The notes below the pieces were generated by a model. The model searched no databases. It was not told where the DNA came from and saw only the letters and a list, made by a program, of their open reading frames with translations. A stretch of 64,000 nucleotides of DNA from Oscillatoriales cyanobacterium (GTDB taxonomy: Bacteria > Cyanobacteriota > Cyanobacteriia > Cyanobacteriales > Laspinemataceae). Position numbers and translations under genes: made by a program. Shown piece after piece: positions 17,876 to 26,705 of the stretch (position 1 is the stretch's first letter; each line of letters begins with the position of its first letter). The stretch is from assembly GCA_011390955.1 (NCBI GenBank), contig JAABRM010000001.1, positions 46,694 through 110,693 on the forward strand, given 5' to 3'.

Positions 17876-19036
17876 TTAGATCACAAAATTTTCTGTGATG
17901 CTTACCTCTCCTAATGATAATCGAATACTGAATTGTTCTCCGACCGAACCGCTAAAACCTTGGAGTTCTAAGAAATTGGGATTCGTGGGTTGTGCTTGTC
18001 TGAAAGTATTACCGGATCGATCGAACACGATAACTTGAAGATTTTCAGGCAAATCATTCTCCTCATCGATCGCTTCTATGCGAATTCGGATACTGACTTT
18101 CTGCTCGTTTTTCGGGCGAAATGCTACCAGTAAAGCAACCGTAAAAGATTGCGTTTCGCTGACTAAATCGATCGCTTTTGCCATTTCAATTCCCGCTTGG
18201 GGATGACTGGGATTAATTTTCCCCAAACTTAAAGCCGCTTGCCAAAGAGTTTCGCTATCTTCACTGGTTGCGAGTAAGTCACTCAAAGCGGCGATCGCTT
18301 CAGGAGAGTTTACCCCAATGTCCCCTAATTCCGTGGCAATTTGCCGCCGAGTTATTTCGTCATTGGTGGTTTGCAACCGTTGGATCAGAGGGGCGATCGC
18401 TTCTATTTCATAGGGTGACATAGCACCCTTGTGAGCACCCGTTGCCAGTACCAGTTGTGGTTGCTGCCAATAAGGTTCAAAAATCTCATCTCGGAGATTT
18501 TGCAGCCATTGTCGCCAATTTATCGGCGCTGTTGCGGACTGGAGGCGGACAGCCAAAATTGGCACACCCAATATTTCTGTTAATTGCTTTGTTTTGAACA
18601 AATACTCAATTCGTTCAAATGCTTCTAGGCAACTTTCCAAGACCAGAACAACACTTCCTGGCTCGATTTTTTTCAGGGCAATGAAAGGATTGCCTAAAAG
18701 TTCATTTGCTAACTCAATTAAAGCTTCTGCTTTTTGCCGATCTACTTCGTTGAGTGTAGCACTTAAAAGTAATAACCAGGTGCTTTCCGCAGTCTGAGTA
18801 GTCGGAGTATCTATTGTATTGTCCACAACCTCTTCCCAGTTAACTCCTACTGCCTGACAAATTGCCTTAAATACTTCCTCTTGAATTCTTTTTCCTTGCC
18901 GAAAACGCCGCAAAGTTGCTGGTGAAGTTTGAGCCGCATCAACCCAAGCTACAGCATCCGCGTTCCAGCCTTTCTTTCTTCTAGCTAAATCGACTTTTGC
19001 CAAGCCTTCTTTTGTTGCTTTTAGTGTAATTGCCAT
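17876..19036 (-). CDS. alpha-helical N-terminal adaptor-like domain + HEAT (PBS-lyase-type) repeats + C-terminal domain shared with ORF 39003-39617
   Basis: N-terminus 'TLKATKEGLAKVDLARRKKGWN...ATLRRFRQG...FKAICQAVGVNWEEV' is homologous to the N-terminus of STAND ORF 22452-23810 ('TLKASELGLSKIQQARKDSGRN...ATWRRFLTG...FKAFCQVLGFDWREI'). Mid-region has HEAT-like 'ELGDIGVNSPEAIAALSDLLATSEDSETLWQAALSLGKI'. The C-terminal ~70 aa resemble the C-terminus of 39003-39617. Confidence 0.6.
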   Translation of the reverse strand: MAITLKATKEGLAKVDLARRKKGWNADAVAWVDAAQTSPATLRRFRQGKRIQEEVFKAICQAVGVNWEEVVDNTIDTPTTQTAESTWLLLLSATLNEVDRQKAEALIELANELLGNPFIALKKIEPGSVVLVLESCLEAFERIEYLFKTKQLTEILGVPILAVRLQSATAPINWRQWLQNLRDEIFEPYWQQPQLVLATGAHKGAMSPYEIEAIAPLIQRLQTTNDEITRRQIATELGDIGVNSPEAIAALSDLLATSEDSETLWQAALSLGKINPSHPQAGIEMAKAIDLVSETQSFTVALLVAFRPKNEQKVSIRIRIEAIDEENDLPENLQVIVFDRSGNTFRQAQPTNPNFLELQGFSGSVGEQFSIRLSLGEVSITENFVI

Positions 19037-19606
19037 TATTACCTCAAATTTAGTTGTCAGTCGATCTCAGTTTGATCTCAGTTTGATCTCAGTTGGGCGA
19101 TCGCTCATAAAGATGAGCCTATTTAAACCTTTTCTATACAGCACCATTAAGGTGTGGAGAAAAGTTAGCGCTAACTCCCTTTCTCCTCAGCAGTCAATCA
19201 ATGACCTTGAGGCAGAAACGAGCTATGAAAACTCAATTTTTTACTTCCCCAGTCCTCGTTGTAATTATACTACTGGTCGAGTCCATTTCCTCAGTTTCTT
19301 TGGCAGCCAATTCCCAGTTAAGCCAAAAAGCTGCTATGACCTTGACTGACTCGGAAATTATCGCCAACCAAGACGGCGATCGCACTTCAGAGTCGGATCA
19401 ATGCGACCCAGAGCAAATAAATTGTAACAAAGTATAATCAACCCGCCTTGTTTTCTAATTCCCCTTACGGCTGAAAAAACGCCTTGGGGAATTCTTGAAC
19501 CAATCTAAAAATTTTCCCCCATTCCCACCCTTATTGCCAAGGGGGTTGGGGGAATATTGTGCATAACTCTCGATATATTCATTTCAATTGTGATTGATAC
19601 AATGCT

Positions 19607-19633
19607 GTAGGGGCGCAATGCTTGCGCCCCTAC
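19607..19633. repeat. palindrome GTAGGGGCGCAATGCTTGCGCCCCTAC (GTAGGG...CCCTAC family)
   Basis: Perfect 27-bp palindrome. A near-copy with a degenerate right end is at 3941-3963. Confidence 0.75.
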
Positions 19634-19834
19634 TTGTATTAATTTTAATTCAAACAACTATAAATCATATTTTATTACCCCGATCGAAGCACTTGTGCTG
19701 TATTTATATTTTTGCTTAACAATAATTATTATATTTAAAAATATAATAATTATAATTTTTGCTAAAATACCTTTATTTGGTATATAATTAAACTAAGCAA
19801 ATAACTGCCGAAATTTATCATAAAAATAACTGGC

Positions 19835-20761
19835 ATGACTCGCGAAATCCATGACCAATTTGCTAAAGACTATCTCTCAGAATTACTATCTCATCTCGGA
19901 GAAGTCGAAACCAGCCGGGAAGTCACATCAGAAGTGCGACAAGTGGATGTTTATTTTATCCCCGCTGCCACGCCAAAGGACATCGATCCCAAACTCTTAG
20001 GGTTACTCGCGCCTATGGCCAAAACCGCTGGTTTATTTGAGCCATTTCGCAATCCTCCGACCCCGGTAGAAATCTCTAATTGTTTGGTAAAACTCTTTGG
20101 CGTTCAGGGGGAACAACGCCGCCAAGCCCGTCGGGAAAATGTCAGCCAAACTCAACTTGAATCACCGCGTTTGTGGATTTTATCCCCTTCCATTTCAACG
20201 CCAATTCTGCGCGGGTTTGGGGCGAAACCAGGCGAGTCAGAGGAATGGCCACCGGGAATCTATTTTCTGCCAAAATTTTTTTATACGGGACTGGTGGCAA
20301 TTCATCAGCTACCCGTGACCCCAGAAACTCTCTGGTTGCGGGTTTTGGGTCGGGGAGAAGTCCAAAAAGCGGCGATCGATGAGTTGGTAGCTTTGCCAGA
20401 AGCCAATCCTTTACGGCGTTATCTGCTGGAAATCTTGGCCTCCTGGCGGATCAATGTGGAATTAAGTCAAAATTTAGATGAGCAAGAAAAACAGGAGTTG
20501 ACTATGAACTTATCACCGGCATATTTACGTTGGCGAGAAGAAACTTTTCTTGAAGGTCGTCAAAAAGGTCTTCAAGAAGGTCTTCAAGAAGAACGCCGTT
20601 CAATGATAGAAAATTTCCTGCGAGTTCGCTTTGGAGAAGTGGATGAGCAATTGTCTCAGATTATTGAGTCAATGTTAGGATTGCCTACGGCAGAATTGAC
20701 CGTAATGTTGCTGAATTTTTCCCGGTCTGAGTTGTTAGAAAGATTTGGCCAAAATCGTTAA
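19835..20761 (+). CDS. Rpn/YhgA-like (PD-(D/E)XK) recombination-promoting nuclease / putative transposase family protein
   Basis: N-terminal 'IHDQFAKDYLSELL' matches the family-typical 'HDxxFKxxL' start. The size and C-terminal helical region fit the DUF4351-type tail seen in cyanobacterial members. Confidence 0.65.
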   Translation: MTREIHDQFAKDYLSELLSHLGEVETSREVTSEVRQVDVYFIPAATPKDIDPKLLGLLAPMAKTAGLFEPFRNPPTPVEISNCLVKLFGVQGEQRRQARRENVSQTQLESPRLWILSPSISTPILRGFGAKPGESEEWPPGIYFLPKFFYTGLVAIHQLPVTPETLWLRVLGRGEVQKAAIDELVALPEANPLRRYLLEILASWRINVELSQNLDEQEKQELTMNLSPAYLRWREETFLEGRQKGLQEGLQEERRSMIENFLRVRFGEVDEQLSQIIESMLGLPTAELTVMLLNFSRSELLERFGQNR

Positions 20762-20765
20762 TTAT

Positions 20766-20796
20766 GTAGGGACATGGGCTTTCGCCGTGTCCCTAC
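20766..20796. terminator. hairpin GTAGGGACA-N13-TGTCCCTAC between convergent genes (GTAGGG...CCCTAC family)
   Basis: 'gtagggacatgggctttcgccgtgtccctac' lies 5 nt after the stop at 20761 and upstream of the stop of the minus-strand kinase gene. Confidence 0.5.
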
Positions 20797-20845
20797 AAGG
20801 CAATGCCGTGTCTTTGGTCAAGTCATACCAAAAATATCTGAATAA

Positions 20846-22483
20846 TTAATCCTGGTAGGCTTGGCGTCCTTTTTCTTTTAACCAATGATCTAATTCTGGT
20901 AAGCTGATAGAATCTATGGGACATTTTTCTAATGCGTCTTTTGTCCCAGAAGCGTCTCTCAAACGTTCCATTACTGGTGCGAGAATACAATAAGCTTCTG
21001 GCCGATCGCTGCTAATTGCGATCGCTTCTTCCAGGTATTCCTCCGCATTTTCGTATTGTTCCAGACAGAGTTGTGCTCTACCCAGGTTGGTCAGCAAGCC
21101 ATATTTTCCCGCATATTTTGTAGCGATTTTTAAACCCTCTAAAAATAGGAAAGCTGCCCTCTGACAATCTTGCTTTCCTTGCTCTAGCAGATAGAGGCGT
21201 CCCAGGTTATTATAGGCTGAGGGGTTTTTATATTTAATCGCTTGCTCATATTCCCGAATCGCTGAAGCAATATCGTTTTGGTCTTCATAAAGGGAGCCAA
21301 GATTATAATAAGCTTGGCCGTAATCTGACTTTAGTAATATCGCTATTTGATAGGAATTTTTAGCCCGGTTAAACTGTTGACTTCTGTGATATATAATTCC
21401 CCGTTGATTCATCTCAATAGCCAGTTTATTTGACGCAAAATACCAGCCGATCGCCAATGCCGTTAGTAATAATATTACAGAAGCGATCGCTTTCTGGCCT
21501 TTAAGAAGTTTTTCTGTTATTATATCCTTAAATGGGATAACTTTGCCTGCGGGATCGCCAGATTCTAAATATTCTAAACCTGCTAAAGATTCTAAATCAT
21601 TTAACCGGGATAAAATAACTTCGTTACTGGAGGGACGTTCCCTGGGAAACAAAGCCATCATCTCATCCAGTAAATCTGCCAATTTATCGGGAATTTCCGA
21701 TGCGCGATCGCGCCAAATTAAATCCCCGTTCGTTTCATTTTCTGGTAAATTAATCGGCACAATTCCCGTCAGCAAATGCACCATTGTCCGACCGAGGGCA
21801 AAGAAATCTGATTGAGGCACCGCTTTGCCATTCATTTGCTCAATTGGAGTATAACCTTGTGGGGACATTAATCTCGTATGTTCCGCATCTTCTCCTAACT
21901 TTACCAGATAAGTATTGTTAATTTGCCTAACTCCTCCAAAGTCAATTAAAACCAGCTTGCCGTCCGGTTTCACCATAATATTTTCTGGCTTAATATCCCG
22001 GTGAAAGTAATGATTTTGGTGCAGTTTTTGCAATATTTCCAGCAGTTGTTTTAACCAGTCAATTGCCAATGATGAGGCAATCGGTTGATTATCTCTTTGC
22101 TTTAACCAGGTTAATAAATTTTCCCCGGCAATTTTTTCCATCACCAAACAGTGAATGGTTTCCCGGTCGGCTTCAATGGTAAAATATCCGTCTGGTTCGA
22201 CTTTGGGAATGCCGGGATGATTCAGGTGGCTTAAAACTTTTGCTTCCCGTTGAAACAGCGCGATCGCCTTGTCTTTTTCTGATGGGGGAAAGTTCTCTAA
22301 ATTGAGAACTTTGAGAACTTTAATAAATTTAACTTTATGGCAAGACTTTTCATCCCGGACAGCAAAAACTTCGCCAAAGCCTCCTGACCCAAGCTTTTCC
22401 ACAATTCTATAGCGGTTTTGCACCAGCATACCGATAGATAACATAAGCAACTCACTGGAATATGTGCTTAAATTGGTTAACAA
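20846..22483 (-). CDS. Ser/Thr protein kinase - transmembrane segment - TPR repeats
   Basis: Hanks kinase motifs 'LGSGGFGEVF', 'YFHRDIKPENIMV', 'DFG'. TM 'AIASVILLLTALAIGWYF'. C-terminal TPR-like 'AYYNLGSLYEDQNDIASAIREYEQAIKY...AYNNLGRLYLL'. The first ATG (22483) overlaps the upstream gene by 32 nt; in-frame ATGs at 22444/22429 are alternatives. Confidence 0.85.
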   Translation of the reverse strand: MLTNLSTYSSELLMLSIGMLVQNRYRIVEKLGSGGFGEVFAVRDEKSCHKVKFIKVLKVLNLENFPPSEKDKAIALFQREAKVLSHLNHPGIPKVEPDGYFTIEADRETIHCLVMEKIAGENLLTWLKQRDNQPIASSLAIDWLKQLLEILQKLHQNHYFHRDIKPENIMVKPDGKLVLIDFGGVRQINNTYLVKLGEDAEHTRLMSPQGYTPIEQMNGKAVPQSDFFALGRTMVHLLTGIVPINLPENETNGDLIWRDRASEIPDKLADLLDEMMALFPRERPSSNEVILSRLNDLESLAGLEYLESGDPAGKVIPFKDIITEKLLKGQKAIASVILLLTALAIGWYFASNKLAIEMNQRGIIYHRSQQFNRAKNSYQIAILLKSDYGQAYYNLGSLYEDQNDIASAIREYEQAIKYKNPSAYNNLGRLYLLEQGKQDCQRAAFLFLEGLKIATKYAGKYGLLTNLGRAQLCLEQYENAEEYLEEAIAISSDRPEAYCILAPVMERLRDASGTKDALEKCPIDSISLPELDHWLKEKGRQAYQD

Positions 22484-23810
22484 TATACTTCATTACCACG
22501 GGCTGAAGGGTAAACATCACTGGATCGGAGTCGCTGGTTTTTTCCGTAATTTTTTCAATCAGCGATCGCCTTGCTAAAGACTCCAAAACTTCGATAATTT
22601 GCGAGTGAGAAACCGCTGGGGAAATTTTCTCCCGCATTTGGGAAATAGTTACCGGAGATTCAGCGGTAGCGATGCGATAAAGTACCTTTTTTTCTATGTC
22701 GGAAAGTCGCTCAAACTGCCGGTCTAAAACCTCACTCAATTGTCCCACAAATATAGTATTTTGTTGGATAAATTCCGAACTTTTGCCATTAAATAATTCT
22801 AAAACAGTATCAGCGACAATTTTTAACGCCAACGGGTTGCCTCGATAGCGTTGAATCAGACGATCCCATTCCGGTTCTTCGACTAATCCTTGTTCTTGCA
22901 AAAGTTGTCGGGCTGCCCTTTTTTGCAGTCCCGATATTTTTAAACAACGCACCGGACGCTTACGACCTTCTAGCTTGACAATTTCACGGGGTTTTTCGTG
23001 ACTGGTGATGACAAAGCAGCTTTTATGTATGGATGCACCAATTTGGTAGAATAATTTGGCATAATCTTCATACCCTGGACGATATTTTCCCGCCAGGTCG
23101 TTATTACTAAAAAGGGATTCCAAGCCATCAAGAATAATTAAACAGCGCTGGGAATTGCACAGTTCAACTAAGCGGACGATATTACTTTCTAAGGTATCTG
23201 GTAATGCTTTTTTCGCCTGAGAATTCGGGATTGATTTAATCAGGTTGGGGATAAATTTGTCTGGAGGCGGGGCATATTGCAGACTGCGCCAGATGACGAT
23301 TTGAAACCGATATTTTAGCTGTTTGGCTAATTGGATGGCCAGGGTGGTTTTGCCAATTCCCCCCATACCCAAAATTGCGATTAAGCGGCAGTTTTCTTCG
23401 CCAATCCATTCGCTCATTTGTGTCAATTCTAAGGTGCGATCGTAAAAAACAGTCACCTCTGGGCAGCTATCCCAATCAATGTATTGACCGTCGCTGAGGT
23501 CTTCCAGGTCGGCGTCGGGGCGATCGGCAATTTCCCGCCAGTCGAAGCCCAAAACTTGACAAAAAGCTTTAAACGCCGGGGCAGCCACCGAATATCCGGT
23601 TAAAAAACGTCTCCAGGTGGCCTCGGAACAGCCCTCAGCGTAGGACCCACCAGATGCCCACTCTGACTCTGGACACAAAATCTCACTGGCAGCCACAAGC
23701 CATTCACTGTCATCGCGGTTTCGCCCGCTGTCCTTTCGCGCCTGCTGAATTTTGCTTAATCCCAGTTCAGAGGCTTTGAGAGTGTCCATGCTACCCCAAT
23801 ATCCTTGCAA
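22452..23810 (-). CDS. STAND NTPase (NB-ARC/AP-ATPase type) with N-terminal alpha-helical adaptor domain and no C-terminal repeat sensor
   Basis: Walker A 'GMGGIGKTTLA'. Walker B region 'CLIILDGLESL'. N-terminal domain is homologous to that of 17876-19036. The protein ends ~200 aa after the NTPase core without WD40/TPR repeats. Confidence 0.8.
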   Translation of the reverse strand: MQGYWGSMDTLKASELGLSKIQQARKDSGRNRDDSEWLVAASEILCPESEWASGGSYAEGCSEATWRRFLTGYSVAAPAFKAFCQVLGFDWREIADRPDADLEDLSDGQYIDWDSCPEVTVFYDRTLELTQMSEWIGEENCRLIAILGMGGIGKTTLAIQLAKQLKYRFQIVIWRSLQYAPPPDKFIPNLIKSIPNSQAKKALPDTLESNIVRLVELCNSQRCLIILDGLESLFSNNDLAGKYRPGYEDYAKLFYQIGASIHKSCFVITSHEKPREIVKLEGRKRPVRCLKISGLQKRAARQLLQEQGLVEEPEWDRLIQRYRGNPLALKIVADTVLELFNGKSSEFIQQNTIFVGQLSEVLDRQFERLSDIEKKVLYRIATAESPVTISQMREKISPAVSHSQIIEVLESLARRSLIEKITEKTSDSDPVMFTLQPVVMKYIVNQFKHIFQ

Positions 23811-24053
23811 GTTTCAAGGTCAATTTTAGATCGGTTTGGGGATTCGGATGAATCTCAACTAGGAAGATTTACTGTTTCATTCCCACCCGAAAGTCGAGTC
23901 CCGTGGTCTCCAAAGGTGAATCGATGGGAAAAAACTGCCAAAGGTTAAGGGTGGTTGATGCCATAAACTTAGAGTGGGCTTTTATCCTACCCTAAGTCTA
24001 TGGATCGAGGATCTAAGTGTTAATAAGTGTTAATTTTCCTGTTGGAATCCAGA

Positions 24054-24830
24054 TTAACCCCGAGATCGATAGCCACCAAATACGGTTAATTGATAATATT
24101 TCCAAGGCACCATCACTGGCAGAAAGCCAACGTTTTTCAGCATTGCCACCTGATCTAATAAATCTCCCATTTGCTGTTCATGGGAATATCCTTCGGGTTT
24201 TGTCGGGGCAATTTGCTCTTGAAGTTTGCTCAAAGTTGTTCCCTGACTCACCGCCCATTGTTCGCGAGTTTTTTGATAACCTTCCACCAGGTTGGGTGAA
24301 TCGGGTAACACCAGATCCCCATTCCAAAAACAACCGTTTGGCTGTAAATTTTCGCGAATCCATTGAAATACTTTTTCTTTCATCGGATCGGTTAAATGAT
24401 GAATAGCCAAAGATGAGAGACAAACATCAAACCCATTTTTGTCCGCCAAAGGTGCATTCAGGTTCGCTAAATTGCCAAAATCGGCTTTAATCCAATGGAC
24501 TTGTTCTCCATAGCCAAATTGGTCGATTTTAGCACTGGCAAAATCTAGCATCCGAGGAGAATAATCCACGGCGACAATTTCAATATTGGGAAACCGACTG
24601 AGGATTTTGCCGGTGAGTTCACCAGTCCCACAACCCAGTTCTAATAACTGTCGAGTATTCGGAGGAATGCAATCCACCATTAGATCGAGCATTTCATCAT
24701 AACGGGGCAATAGTTGTCGAATGTTGCGATCGTAGTCAGCCTGATTTAGGAAAAGTTCTCCAGGAAATATCTCTACCATAATTTTAAATTCCCTCAAAAT
24801 TGATTGGAGAATTGCATTTTGATTTATCAA
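24054..24830 (-). CDS. class I SAM-dependent methyltransferase
   Basis: Motif I 'LLELGCGTGELT'; Rossmann-fold layout. Confidence 0.8.
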   Translation of the reverse strand: MINQNAILQSILREFKIMVEIFPGELFLNQADYDRNIRQLLPRYDEMLDLMVDCIPPNTRQLLELGCGTGELTGKILSRFPNIEIVAVDYSPRMLDFASAKIDQFGYGEQVHWIKADFGNLANLNAPLADKNGFDVCLSSLAIHHLTDPMKEKVFQWIRENLQPNGCFWNGDLVLPDSPNLVEGYQKTREQWAVSQGTTLSKLQEQIAPTKPEGYSHEQQMGDLLDQVAMLKNVGFLPVMVPWKYYQLTVFGGYRSRG

Positions 24831-25123
24831 GTTAAACCAAAATTATCTTACCTGATTAATCCACCGTTTACTCAAAATCTCCGGAGTTTTTTTAAATCCT
24901 TAGTAAAAATTTAATTGATTGCCACTATTATTGGATAGTTGAGGCAGGGAGAATCTCATATTTGTTAAGAAAGACTCTTTTGGGAAAAGGGTGGGGAAGG
25001 TGGGGAGGGTCGGGAAGCAATATCACCCCATATCCCCTATTTGCCCTATCTTCCTCCACCGACGGGGGATCCGATCGCGGGCGATCGCACAGTCGGAACT
25101 TCATTGGCTAGAATTTATCTAGG

Positions 25124-26596
25124 GTGTTATCGTTTTTCTGTGGCTCATTCTGTGACTCATTAAATAACTGTGGTTTTCCTGATGCTATGCAGCCTAAAAA
25201 AATGTCAATATCTTGCTTATTCAAAGCAAAATTATCTCAAAAAATTGTCTTTTGGGTATTTCTTAGTTTGATCGCCATTGAAGCTTTAATTTTAATTCCT
25301 TCAGTGCAACGACGAGAAGAAGAATTACTAGATCAATTAAGCGAGGTATCATCAGCAAAAGTAAATTGGCTAATTGAAACTTATCCGATGATTTCAAATC
25401 AAGAATTTATAGTGCAATTACGCCGACTAAAAGTTGAAACGATGTTTGGCAAAATTATCGGCGGAATTCTCTATGATAGTCAGGGAAAAACTCTCCATCA
25501 ATTTGGCGAAATACCCTCCCTTGATTGGGAACAGGTAATGAGCGATCGCCTCAAACTCAAGGAGTCGCATCTAGACCGATATGATATTGCCTGGAAATTA
25601 GAACAAATTCCGGGAAACTACATATTAATTCTGCGCCATGACTTATCTTTAATTGGCATAGAATTATGGGCATATAAAGCTAGAATAACTGGATTAGTAG
25701 TATTAATTTCTATCGTCGTAACTTCCACCACTATGTTTGTCTTAGGAAAAACGGTAATTTTACCTGTATTGCAACTGCGCGATGACATCCTAGGGGCAGG
25801 AGAAGCCCTGAGTCAAGACTTACCCGCCCCAAACTTTTATTCTTGTTCCGTGCAAAGAACTGATGAATTAGGAGAAGTCATGCAAGCGTTTAAGCAAATG
25901 TTTGAAAGAGTCCATCAAGAAATTGCCGATCGCAAACAAGCGGAAGAAATGTTACGAGGCGAACAGCAAAAATCGGAAACTTTACTCTTAAATATTTTAC
26001 CCATTGCGATCGCCGAAAAATTAAAAAATGGAGAAAATCACATTGCCGAGGGATTTGCAGAAGTGACGATTTTATTTGCAGATATTGTCGGATTTACCCA
26101 ACTTTCCCAACAAATATCCCCGGCTGATTTAGTCCAATTATTAAACCATATTTTTTCTGCCTTCGATCGCTTAAGCGAAAAACATCAATTAGAAAAAATA
26201 AAAACCATTGGGGATGCGTATATGGTAGTGGGAGGTTTGCCCGTTCCCAGACCGGATCACGCCGAAGCGATCGCAGCAATGGCCCTGGATATGCAAGGTG
26301 CGATCGCCGATTTTAATGCCCGAAATAAATCGGATTTAACCATCAGAATTGGCATCAATACCGGGGCGGCGATCGCTGGAGTCATTGGCACCAAAAAATT
26401 TATCTATGACCTATGGGGTGATGCGGTCAATACTGCCTCTCGCATGGAGTCCCACGGCATTCCTGGAGAAATTCAGGTGACAGAATCTACCTACAATCTG
26501 CTGAAACACAAATATTCTTTCCAGCCACGGGGAAAAATTCATATTAAAGGCAAAGGAGAAATGATGACCTATTTACTGAAAAAATCAGATGGTTAG
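25124..26596 (+). CDS. membrane-anchored class III adenylate/guanylate cyclase (CHD domain)
   Basis: CHD motifs 'VTILFADIVGFTQLS' ... 'KIKTIGDAYMVVGGLP' ... 'IRIGINTGAAIAGVIGTKKFIYDLWGDAVNTASRMES'. Two N-terminal hydrophobic segments. Start may be the ATG at ~25187 ('MQPKKMS'). Confidence 0.8.
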   Translation: MLSFFCGSFCDSLNNCGFPDAMQPKKMSISCLFKAKLSQKIVFWVFLSLIAIEALILIPSVQRREEELLDQLSEVSSAKVNWLIETYPMISNQEFIVQLRRLKVETMFGKIIGGILYDSQGKTLHQFGEIPSLDWEQVMSDRLKLKESHLDRYDIAWKLEQIPGNYILILRHDLSLIGIELWAYKARITGLVVLISIVVTSTTMFVLGKTVILPVLQLRDDILGAGEALSQDLPAPNFYSCSVQRTDELGEVMQAFKQMFERVHQEIADRKQAEEMLRGEQQKSETLLLNILPIAIAEKLKNGENHIAEGFAEVTILFADIVGFTQLSQQISPADLVQLLNHIFSAFDRLSEKHQLEKIKTIGDAYMVVGGLPVPRPDHAEAIAAMALDMQGAIADFNARNKSDLTIRIGINTGAAIAGVIGTKKFIYDLWGDAVNTASRMESHGIPGEIQVTESTYNLLKHKYSFQPRGKIHIKGKGEMMTYLLKKSDG

Positions 26597-26705
26597 ACTA
26601 ATTTTGACCTTTTTAGAGATAGAATAATAGTCAGTAGACCGCTAACAGTGGCCGATTGACCGTGAAAGCAAAAAAATAGAGAAATTTCTAAAAGCGCTCT
26701 CAAGT

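Noticed and set aside
19224-19437. Small ORF with signal-peptide-like start 'MKTQFFTSPVLVVIILLVESISSVSLAANSQ' (possible secreted peptide)
   Set aside because: There is no supporting motif, RBS or neighbouring processing genes; it could be real but is unsupported from sequence alone.
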